Below the pieces are notes generated by a model that ran no database searches, was not told the DNA's origin, and saw nothing but the letters and a program-made list of their open reading frames with translations. A stretch of DNA of 64,000 bases from assembly GCA_947591785.1 (NCBI GenBank), contig CANQDK010000008.1, positions 8,619-72,618 on the forward strand. Reading direction: 5' to 3'. The position numbers and the translations under genes are program-made. How positions within the stretch are numbered: position 1 is the stretch's first letter; the number at the start of each line of letters is the position of its first letter. The stretch is from an uncultured Clostridia bacterium. GTDB taxonomy: Bacteria > Bacillota > Clostridia > Christensenellales > UBA1242. Below, piece after piece: positions 56,086-64,000 of this stretch.

Positions 56086-57300
56086 ATGAAAATTTTAGTT
56101 ATTAATGCAGGGAGTTCATCTCTCAAATATCAACTTCTTGATATGAAAACAGAAAAATTGCTCGCAAAAGGATTGTGTGACCGTATTGGCTTGCCAAAAC
56201 CAGTTATTGAATATAAACATAACGGACAAGTTCAAACTTTTGAAGGTGCAAAAAATCATGATGAGGCAATCGCAAAAGTTCTTGAAATCTTGACAAACAA
56301 AGAGTATGGTGTTGTCAAAAGCCTAAATGAAATTGAAGCTGTTGGACATCGTTTTGTTCAAGGTGGGTGGCTTTTTAGTGAAAGCGTTTTGGTGACTGAT
56401 GAAGTTATGAAAACTTTGAAAAAACTTGACGACCTTGCTCCACTTCACAATCCAGCAAATGCAAGAGGTGTTCTTGCATGTTCAAAGGCTATGCCAAATG
56501 TTCCACAAGTGCTTGTTTTTGACACTGCTTTCCATTCAACAATGCCTGAAAAAGCATTTATGTATGCAATTGACTATAAAGATTATGAAAAATATCATGT
56601 TAGAAAATATGGATTCCATGGTTCAAGTCATAAATTTATCACTCTGGAAGCTTCAAAAATACTTGGTAAAAAACCAGAAGAGGTAAATCTTATAACTTGT
56701 CATCTTGGAAATGGTTCTTCTATCAGTGCAATCAAAAATGGACAGAGTGTTGACACATCTATGGGACTCACTCCTCTTCAAGGTGTTGTTATGGGCACAC
56801 GCTCAGGGGATATAGACCCAAGCCTTATTCAATATCTTGGCAAAAAGAAAAAACTTGATGTTGATGGAATGACAAATTATCTCAACAAACAATGTGGACT
56901 TCTTGGAATTTCAGGCGTTTCAAGTGACCAACGCGAAGTTATCGCAAAGGCAAAGGCTGGCGACCACAGAAGTCAACTTGCTCTTGATATGCTTGCATAT
57001 TCTGTTAAAAAATATATTGGAAGCTATATGGCAGTGCTTGGCTCTTGCGATGCAATCGTTTTTGCTGGTGGTATTGGTGAAAATGGTGCTGAAACTCGTG
57101 AAGCAATTTGTGAAGGGCTTGAAAATCTTGGAATTGTTCTTGACAAGAAGAAAAATGCAAATTTCCATCGTGGAGAGATTGAAGTTATCTCAACAGCGAA
57201 GTCAAAGGTTAAGATTTTCATAATTCCAACAAACGAAGAACTTATGATGGCTCGTGAAACTAAACAAATTGTTGATGGACTGAAAAAACATAAAAAATAA
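56086..57300 (+). CDS. ackA: Acetate kinase
   Basis: KILVINAGSSSLKYQL, VGHRFVQGG, GFHGSSH and the IPTNEE C-terminus. Confidence 0.97.
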   Translation: MKILVINAGSSSLKYQLLDMKTEKLLAKGLCDRIGLPKPVIEYKHNGQVQTFEGAKNHDEAIAKVLEILTNKEYGVVKSLNEIEAVGHRFVQGGWLFSESVLVTDEVMKTLKKLDDLAPLHNPANARGVLACSKAMPNVPQVLVFDTAFHSTMPEKAFMYAIDYKDYEKYHVRKYGFHGSSHKFITLEASKILGKKPEEVNLITCHLGNGSSISAIKNGQSVDTSMGLTPLQGVVMGTRSGDIDPSLIQYLGKKKKLDVDGMTNYLNKQCGLLGISGVSSDQREVIAKAKAGDHRSQLALDMLAYSVKKYIGSYMAVLGSCDAIVFAGGIGENGAETREAICEGLENLGIVLDKKKNANFHRGEIEVISTAKSKVKIFIIPTNEELMMARETKQIVDGLKKHKK

Positions 57301-57380
57301 GAATGTTTTAAAATTTTCAACAAACGATTCAATAAATTTAATAAAAAAATCAAATTTTTCAAAAATCAAGTGAATTTGAC

Positions 57381-57409
57381 TTGACAAAATTTGTTTTTTG
57401 CGATAAAAT
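57381..57409 (+). promoter_or_regulatory. Sigma-A-type promoter for rpmF
   Basis: TTGACA (57381-57386), 17 nt, TAAAAT (57404-57409). Confidence 0.6.
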
Positions 57410-57461
57410 AGAGCATAGTTTATGTGTCTATAATGAAATACGCTTAAAAAGGAGAAGAAAA

Positions 57462-57659
57462 ATGGCAGTTCCAAAGCATAAAACTTCAAAACAGAGAAAA
57501 AGAACACGCAACAGTGCAAACTCTAACGTTGAGGCTCCAACTCTTGTTGAATGCCCAAAATGTCACGAACTTAAAAAACCTCACACAGTTTGTAAAAATT
57601 GCGGAACATATAAAAATAAGACTGTTGTTGAAGACAAGAAAAAAGAAACAAAAAAATAA
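57462..57659 (+). CDS. rpmF: 50S ribosomal protein L32 (Zn-ribbon form) with a Lys-rich tail
   Basis: MAVPKHKTSKQRKRTR and CPKC...CKNCG. ATG 57462 follows AAAGGAGAAG. The upstream 27 codons of the ORF track cover the promoter. Confidence 0.95.
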   Translation: MAVPKHKTSKQRKRTRNSANSNVEAPTLVECPKCHELKKPHTVCKNCGTYKNKTVVEDKKKETKK

Positions 57660-57660
57660 A

Positions 57661-57687
57661 AAAGACACCCTAACAGGTGTTTTTTGT
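57661..57687 (+). terminator. Rho-independent terminator
   Basis: GACACC-CTAACA-GGTGT followed by TTTTTG. Confidence 0.6.
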
Positions 57688-58034
57688 TGCCGTTTTTCAA
57701 TAGGGAGCAGTCAAATACAAATTTTATCCTTGCGATTTATTTTTATTGCCGATTTAATAATTTAAATTTTATAAAAATGTATAAAAAAAATGCTGTCATC
57801 CTAACCAATAAATATGTATTTTGAATTTTTATATTATAAATATCTATTTTAAGTTTTATTTTTTTTAATTTTGTGTTTAGATTCTTATTTTTATATTTGT
57901 CCATTTAAGTTTTTTATTTTTAAGAGAAAAATGCTTTTTTATTTGATTTTTATGGAAATTTTTTGACTTTCATGGGGTAAGTTTGCTATATTATACTTAT
58001 ATATTATGTTTATATATAATATAAGGAGAAATGT

Positions 58035-59048
58035 ATGAAAATTGTTGTTGATGCTTTTGGAGGAGATAACGCACCTTTGGAAGTTGTTGAGGGTGCTGTT
58101 TTGGCTGTTAATAAAGACAAAGAACTGACTGTTGTTTTGACTGGAGATAAAGACAAAATTGAGAAAATTTTGAATGGAAGGCAAGAACGCATTGAAATTG
58201 TCGATGCAAAAGAGATTATCTCAAATAATGATTCACCGACTCTTGCAATAAGACAGAAAAAAGATAGTTCTTTGGTGCGAGCTTTTGATATTTTGAAAGA
58301 AAATAATGATGTTGTTGGACTTGTTTCAGCTGGTAGCACTGGGGCTGTTTTGACTGGTGCAATTCTCAAGATTGGCAGAATTAAAGGAATTTCTCGTCCT
58401 GCACTTTGTCCAATCCTTCCAACTGTTAAACCTGATAAGACTGTTATGATTTGTGATAGTGGAGCAAATGTTGATTGTAAAAGTGAACACCTCTTACATT
58501 TTGCAATTATGGCTTCTGCATATTCTTCAATTATGAGTGGTGATAAAAATCCTAAGGTTGCTTTGCTTAATAATGGGGCTGAAGAACATAAAGGCAATGA
58601 ATTGACAAAGGAAACTTATCCTCTTATGCAAAAACTTCCAATCAATTTTGTTGGGAATATTGAAGCAAGAGAAGTTATGTCTGGTGAAGTTGATGTTATT
58701 GTGACAGATGGTTTTGCTGGAAATATTTTGCTTAAAAGTGTTGAGGGTGTTGCAAGTGGTATGTCAAAACTTATTCATAAAGAAGCAAAAAAGAATATCT
58801 TTGCAATGATTGGTGCTGTTATGATGGGCAAGTTTAAAGGTTTGAAAGAAAAAATGGATATTAACAAATATGGTGGAGCTCCATTTTTAGGTTGCAAAAA
58901 ACTTGTAGTTAAAACTCATGGTTCAGCAAACAGAGAAATTATTTGCAACACAATTATGCAAGTTGTTAAACTTTATGAAAACAAACTTAATGAACAAATT
59001 GAGAAACTCGTGCTTGAAATGAGCGAAAATGATGAGGTGAAGGCATAA
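58035..59048 (+). CDS. plsX: Phosphate acyltransferase
   Basis: MKIVVDAFGGDNAP, SAGSTGA and TDGFAGNILLK. AAGGAG SD. Confidence 0.95.
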   Translation: MKIVVDAFGGDNAPLEVVEGAVLAVNKDKELTVVLTGDKDKIEKILNGRQERIEIVDAKEIISNNDSPTLAIRQKKDSSLVRAFDILKENNDVVGLVSAGSTGAVLTGAILKIGRIKGISRPALCPILPTVKPDKTVMICDSGANVDCKSEHLLHFAIMASAYSSIMSGDKNPKVALLNNGAEEHKGNELTKETYPLMQKLPINFVGNIEAREVMSGEVDVIVTDGFAGNILLKSVEGVASGMSKLIHKEAKKNIFAMIGAVMMGKFKGLKEKMDINKYGGAPFLGCKKLVVKTHGSANREIICNTIMQVVKLYENKLNEQIEKLVLEMSENDEVKA

Positions 59049-59668
59049 TGATTGAGAACAATTTGAATTTTGTTTTTACTGACAAATCTCTTTTGACTAG
59101 AGCATTAACGCACCCATCTAAATCAAAAAACAACTATCAACGCTTGGAATTTTTGGGAGATAGTATTTTAAATTTTTTGGTGGGGGAATACCTCTTCAAA
59201 AATTGCGACAAGCAGGAAGGCGAACTCACCGTTTTAAGAGCTCACTATGTTTCAGAAGACCATCTTTCTCAATGCTTTGACGAGATGAATCTTGAAGAAT
59301 TTGTTATTCTTGGGAAAAGTTTGAAAGGGAAAATCACCACAGCAATTAAGGGGGATATTATTGAATCAATAATTGCTGGAATTTATCTTGATGCAGGCAT
59401 TGAAAAAGCAAGAGATTTCATCATCGACAAATTGCATATCGCTGATTTTGAAAATGCTGAAAATGACAACTTTAAATCTCAACTTCAAGAACTTGTGCAG
59501 GCAAATTTTAAATGCACTATGAAATATGAAACTGTTAAAGCAGAAGTTGGATTTGAATCGAAATTTTATATGGATGAAGACTTGATTGCAACTGGTTATG
59601 GAAATGACAAGACAAAGGCTGAACAAAATTGTGCTTATGTTGCAATAAAAAAACTTTTTGAAGAATGA
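59048..59668 (+). CDS. rnc: Ribonuclease III
   Basis: ALTHPS and QRLEFLGDSIL (RNase III signature), plus a C-terminal dsRBD. The start overlaps the plsX stop (ATAATG). Confidence 0.9.
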   Translation: MIENNLNFVFTDKSLLTRALTHPSKSKNNYQRLEFLGDSILNFLVGEYLFKNCDKQEGELTVLRAHYVSEDHLSQCFDEMNLEEFVILGKSLKGKITTAIKGDIIESIIAGIYLDAGIEKARDFIIDKLHIADFENAENDNFKSQLQELVQANFKCTMKYETVKAEVGFESKFYMDEDLIATGYGNDKTKAEQNCAYVAIKKLFEE

Positions 59669-59702
59669 ATTTAGAAAATATTAAGATTTTGCAGGTGAAA
59701 AT

Positions 59703-62700
59703 ATGTATTTTAAAAAGATTGAAATGATTGGTTTTAAATCGTTTGCAGACAGAACTGTCATTGAATTTAATGGCGGTTTTACTGCGATTGTTGGACCAAA
59801 TGGGTGCGGAAAGAGTAATATTTCCGAAGCTATTCGCTGGGTGCTTGGTGAACAAAGTGCCAAATCTCTTCGTGGAGATAATATGCAAGATGTCATATTT
59901 AAAGGCACTGAAAAGCGTAAGAGTCTTTCATACTGTGAAGTTACTTTGACATTTGATAACACTGACCGTTTCTTTAATATCGCTTTTGATGAACTGTCCA
60001 TCACTAGAAAGCTTTATCGCTCGGGAGAGAGTGAATACCTTATCAATAAAAACACTTGCAGGCTTAAAGATATTACCAATTTGTTGTTTGACAGTGGTAT
60101 CGGAAAAAATGGATATTCTGTGATAAGTCAGGGCAAAGTCAGTGAAATTGTTGATGAAAAACCTGAAGAACGCAGAGTTATGTTTGAAGAAGCTGCTGGA
60201 ATCTCCAAATTCAAATCAAGAAAAGATGAAGCGGAGAAAAAACTTGCGAACACGAGAGATAATCTTGTGCGTATTGATGATATTACTGCCGAAATTGAAA
60301 GACAGATGGGGCCATTAAAGAAACAGGCTGAAGATGCAAAAAAATATTTGCAATATAGAGGCGAACTTAAGGATTTGGAAGTTAATGCCTATGTTTTTCA
60401 GTATGAAAATTCTCATGTTCTGAAAGAGCAAATTAAAGCAAAATTACAGGCAATTGAAGAAGAAATGTTTGCAAGACAGAGCGATTTGGAACGTCAAAAT
60501 CAAGAATATACAGAGCAAATGAACCTTTTGTCTGAATATGATAAAAAAATTTCTGGACTCCATGACAAAGAATTACAACTCACAGTTGAACTTGAAAAGC
60601 AAGAGGGGGAAACCAGGGTTGTTCGCGAGAAAATCAATTATACAAATCGCGAAAATGACAGGATAAACCTTGATATTTCAAATGCTCAGTCAATAATTGA
60701 AGCGGGTGAAGAGCAAGAGCAGATAAAATCCAATGAGAAAAAACAACTACAAGAGCGTCTTGATGCTTTAAACCTTTCTTATGAAGAACTTTCTGATAAG
60801 CATCTTCATATTGTTGATGAAATGTCTTTAAGCGAAACTCAAACTGGCGAATCTCAACAAAAAATCATAGAAACTCTTGGTTCGCTTGGAGATGTTAAAA
60901 GTAATGTTTCAAGACTTGAAACAGAAAAAAATCTGCTTCTTGAAAGCAAAAAAAATCTTGAGAAAAATCTTGCTGATGTTGAGTATAAATTGGAAAATGT
61001 CACAAAACTTAAAAACAACAGTGAAAACATTATTTCTTCATCAAAAAGCGATTTTGACAGGATAAAAACAGAGGCAGATGAACTTACTGGAAGAATCTAT
61101 GTTGGAACAAATAGTGTTGCCGAACTTGAACTTGAAAGAAACAATCTTTCAACACAAATTAAAGTCTATGAAAACAGAAAAAAACTTTTGATTGAAATGC
61201 AAACAGAATTTGAAGGTTATGCACCTGCAGTTCGTAAAATTTTGAAAGAAAGCGAAAAAAATGCAGATATTCGTGGAAAAATGGTTGGTGTGCTTGCAAA
61301 TTTGATTAAAGTTCCTGCACAATATGAGACTGCAATTGACATTGCACTTGGTTCTGCTGTGCAAAATATTGTAACATACGATGAAAATGATGCCAAAGAT
61401 TTGATTGCATATCTTAAACAAAATCAATTTGGACGAGCAACATTTCTTCCTATTTCAAGTATGAAAAGACGTGACATTGATGAAAGGGTGATTGCTGGCA
61501 AAAAAGGTGTCTATGGCATTGCAAGCAAGCTTATTTCTTACGATAAGAAGATTGACAATGTTATAAGCAACCTTCTTGGTGGAACTGTTGTTGTTGATAA
61601 TATGGATACAGCAATCAACATTGCTCGTGAAAATCACTTTTCTTTTAGAATCGTGACAATTGGTGGAGATGTTGTCAGCACACAAGGCTCTCTTACGGGA
61701 GGAAGTAAGAAGTCAGAATCAACAAATCTTATTTCTCGTCAACGTGAAATCGAAAACTTGACAACAGAACTTGAAGATATGCAACTTAAAGAAGTTGAAC
61801 TTCGTAGAAAAATTGATTATCTAAAAGCTGATTTGGAAGGTTCTCGTAAAAATGAAGCAATTTTGCAGTCACAAAAGAACGAACTCGACATTAAACTTGC
61901 AAAAGAACAAGAGAAATTAGATGCTATTTCAAAAGAAATTGGCGAGCTTAATGATGAAAAAACAGCTTTTGAAATGGAAAAGAAAACTGTTGAAAACAAA
62001 TTAAAAATGATTGAAGGAGAACTTTCTCAAGTCAACTTAATGCAAAATGCTCTCAGTGGGAACAAACAAGACGCAGACATTCTTATTAAACAAAGACAGG
62101 AAAGATACAACAAAATTCGTGCTGAACGAGATGAAATTGTTGCAAATATGACAACTGTTAAGGTTGAAATTGCATCTTGTGAAGAAAAATTGAAAGCAAT
62201 TAGTGATGAACTTGACAGAATCTTGCTCGAAAAGGATAGACAGATTTCAAATATTGAGGCTTTAAAATCTCATCTCGCTGAGAATGAGAAGTTTATTGTT
62301 GGTGCAGAAGAGATGATTAGAGTTCAAATTGAAAATGCAAAACCTTCTGAAGCTAAAAACAATCTTCAAAAAATACGAAAAGAGCGTGAAGATTTGGAAA
62401 ATAGCAAGATTGCTATTTCTGCTAATATCAAAAAACTTGATGATGACAAAACAAACACGGTTGCTGAAATTGCCAAAGTTAATGATAAAAAATATCGCGA
62501 AGAAACCAGTTTGCAAAGGGTTGACACAGAACTGGAAGCAATGCAAGAGAGAATTTATGAAGAATACACTCTAACTTATCAGGATTGTTTGGAATTTAGA
62601 CGTCCAAATTTTGATATTAAAGATGCGTCAATAACAATTGGGAAGTTGAAAAAAGATATTTCAGCTCTTGGGCCTGTCAATGTTCATGCTATTGAAGATG

Positions 62701-63335
62701 TTTCAACGCTTTTGGAACGTTACAACGAAATGACATCACAAGCAGATGATTTGAAAAAGGCAGAAGATGATTTGGTTAAAATCATTAAAGATCTTTCTGG
62801 AGAAATGCTTACCAAATTCAACGATGAATTTAATAAGATAAATGACAGTTTTAAAGTTGTGTTTAGAGAACTTTTTGGTGGTGGAAATGCAAGATTGGAA
62901 CTCACTGAATCGGAAGATCCTCTTGAAGCTGGTGTTGAAATTATGGTTCAACTGCCAGGTAAGGCGGCAAACAAATTGTCTTTGCTTTCAGGTGGAGAAA
63001 AGACTTTGACTGCAATAGCACTTCTTTTTGCAATTTTAAGATTGAAACCATTGCCATTCTCACTTCTAGACGAAATTGAAGCTGCTCTTGATGATGCAAA
63101 TATTGAGAGATTTGCTCTTTATTTGAAAAAATTGTCTCAAACAACTCAATTTATTGTTATCACACACAGAAAACCAACAATGGAATTGGCAGACAGCCTC
63201 TATGGAGTGACTATGGAGGAAAAAGGAGTCTCAAAGATTGTTTCTGTCAAACTTGCAGATGCGATAAAGCAGTCTGATGAAGAAACTGAACAAGGCTCTG
63301 TTGACAAAAAAGAAGAAAAACCTATTGAAGTGTGA
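59703..63335 (+). CDS. smc: Chromosome partition protein Smc
   Basis: Walker A GPNGCGKSN, long coiled coils, a hinge (GRATFLP...GG), signature LSGGEKTLTA and Walker B LLDEIEAALD. Confidence 0.97.
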   Translation: MYFKKIEMIGFKSFADRTVIEFNGGFTAIVGPNGCGKSNISEAIRWVLGEQSAKSLRGDNMQDVIFKGTEKRKSLSYCEVTLTFDNTDRFFNIAFDELSITRKLYRSGESEYLINKNTCRLKDITNLLFDSGIGKNGYSVISQGKVSEIVDEKPEERRVMFEEAAGISKFKSRKDEAEKKLANTRDNLVRIDDITAEIERQMGPLKKQAEDAKKYLQYRGELKDLEVNAYVFQYENSHVLKEQIKAKLQAIEEEMFARQSDLERQNQEYTEQMNLLSEYDKKISGLHDKELQLTVELEKQEGETRVVREKINYTNRENDRINLDISNAQSIIEAGEEQEQIKSNEKKQLQERLDALNLSYEELSDKHLHIVDEMSLSETQTGESQQKIIETLGSLGDVKSNVSRLETEKNLLLESKKNLEKNLADVEYKLENVTKLKNNSENIISSSKSDFDRIKTEADELTGRIYVGTNSVAELELERNNLSTQIKVYENRKKLLIEMQTEFEGYAPAVRKILKESEKNADIRGKMVGVLANLIKVPAQYETAIDIALGSAVQNIVTYDENDAKDLIAYLKQNQFGRATFLPISSMKRRDIDERVIAGKKGVYGIASKLISYDKKIDNVISNLLGGTVVVDNMDTAINIARENHFSFRIVTIGGDVVSTQGSLTGGSKKSESTNLISRQREIENLTTELEDMQLKEVELRRKIDYLKADLEGSRKNEAILQSQKNELDIKLAKEQEKLDAISKEIGELNDEKTAFEMEKKTVENKLKMIEGELSQVNLMQNALSGNKQDADILIKQRQERYNKIRAERDEIVANMTTVKVEIASCEEKLKAISDELDRILLEKDRQISNIEALKSHLAENEKFIVGAEEMIRVQIENAKPSEAKNNLQKIRKEREDLENSKIAISANIKKLDDDKTNTVAEIAKVNDKKYREETSLQRVDTELEAMQERIYEEYTLTYQDCLEFRRPNFDIKDASITIGKLKKDISALGPVNVHAIEDVSTLLERYNEMTSQADDLKKAEDDLVKIIKDLSGEMLTKFNDEFNKINDSFKVVFRELFGGGNARLELTESEDPLEAGVEIMVQLPGKAANKLSLLSGGEKTLTAIALLFAILRLKPLPFSLLDEIEAALDDANIERFALYLKKLSQTTQFIVITHRKPTMELADSLYGVTMEEKGVSKIVSVKLADAIKQSDEETEQGSVDKKEEKPIEV

Positions 63336-63401
63336 GTGTGTTGGCTTGTGAGAAATTGCTTGATTTGATAAATAAAAATACTAATAATTTGGAGTTTTGA
63401 A

Positions 63402-64000
63402 ATGGGATTTTTTAAGAAAATTGGAACTGCATTAAAAAAGACAAAAGATGCCTTTAATCGCAAAATAGATGCACTTTTAAGTCATGGTGAAGTTGATGAC
63501 GAATTGTTTGATGATTTGATGGATATATTAGTTTCTTGTGACATAGGGGTGAAGACATCGGTTGAAATTGTTGAAGAACTTAGAGAAGAATGTCATAAAA
63601 GAAAAGTTCGTAAAGCGGAAGATGTCAAAACTGTTTTAAAGGAAATTATTGAAAAACTGCTCACAGAAGCACCAGCAATTGAAATTAAATACCCTGCAAT
63701 TATAACAATAATAGGGGTGAATGGTGTTGGAAAAACAACAACAATTGGAAAACTTGCACAATACTTCAAAAATGATAAAAAAAGTGTGACTCTTGTTGCA
63801 GGTGACACCTTTCGTGCTGCTGCATCTTCTCAGTTAAATGAATGGGCAGACAGAACTAAAACAAGAATAATTAAGCATGCAGAGGGTGCAGATGCAGGAG
63901 CTGTTGTTTTTGATGGAATTGCAAGTGCTAAGGCTAATAAAACAGATGTCTTGCTTGTTGATACTGCAGGAAGGTTGCATACAAAGACTAATCTTATGGC
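63402..64000 (+). CDS. ftsY: Signal recognition particle receptor FtsY (5' part; it runs off the window)
   Basis: ATG 63402 follows GGAG. N domain (DELFDDLMDILVSCDIG), then G domain GVNGVGKTTTIGKLA, and DTAGRLHTK at the window edge. Absent from the ORF track because there is no stop inside the window. Confidence 0.9.
   Translation, partial: MGFFKKIGTALKKTKDAFNRKIDALLSHGEVDDELFDDLMDILVSCDIGVKTSVEIVEELREECHKRKVRKAEDVKTVLKEIIEKLLTEAPAIEIKYPAIITIIGVNGVGKTTTIGKLAQYFKNDKKSVTLVAGDTFRAAASSQLNEWADRTKTRIIKHAEGADAGAVVFDGIASAKANKTDVLLVDTAGRLHTKTNLM

Noticed and set aside
58010-58597. Long antisense ORFs inside well-supported genes. Examples: 58010..58597 opposite plsX, 3036..3449 opposite ftsK, 1332..1730 opposite the deacetylase gene, 19208..19591 opposite the DUF1846 gene, and 53656..54597 opposite the YlbJ-like gene.
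   Set aside because: Each lies fully within a gene whose product shows family-specific motifs along its whole length. The antisense translations are low-complexity (Ser/Phe/Leu/Lys-rich), have no SD and no recognisable motif. They are shadow ORFs.

Overview
This is an AT-rich chromosomal segment (roughly one-third G+C by eye) from a low-GC Gram-positive bacterium, probably a Clostridia-like member of the Bacillota. All calls rest on motifs read from the supplied translations and on manual inspection of the DNA; no database search or RNA folding was possible.

Most of the window is conserved housekeeping DNA:
- ftsK, rimO-pgsA-cinA(divergent)-recA, an archaeal-type valS, ung, rpsT, murI, and a DUF1846 gene
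- rluB, plsC, and an S1-like gene
- scpA-scpB, mnmA, a DegV gene, pta-ackA, and rpmF-plsX-rnc-smc-ftsY

Endospore-associated genes are scattered through it: a PdaB-like deacetylase, ytfI/ytfJ, two DD-carboxypeptidases, a SpoIVFB-like M50 protease and a YlbJ-like protein.

The RNA genes are tRNA-Leu(TAA), tRNA-Cys(GCA), tRNA-Thr(CGT) and tRNA-Ser(GGA), plus an orphan 5' half of a tRNA-Thr.

I found no CRISPR array, IS element, integrase, prophage or recognisable defence operon, and I cannot point to a clear-cut new multi-gene system.

The best candidates for a second look are:
1. The tRNA-Thr locus. It has a 5'-half tRNA scar and a tRNA with a non-canonical T-loop. An ~8 kb block of small accessory enzyme genes follows, and its spacers share short repeat words.
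2. A ~45-nt element between ytfI and ytfJ that recurs inverted in the mnmA 3' region. It gives 20/21 nt RNA complementarity next to the ytfJ ribosome-binding site.
3. A perfect 12-bp, SD-sequestering, terminator-like hairpin with a tandem 12-nt repeat in its loop, directly in front of rluB.
4. A ~190-nt leader of unusual composition in front of an unknown gene at 32241.
5. A HIT-RNase HI fusion protein.
6. Two genes broken by 1-nt homopolymer frameshifts, both with leaderless-type promoters: a radical SAM/SPASM enzyme and a GT28 glycolipid synthase.
7. An orphan encapsulated-ferritin-like gene.
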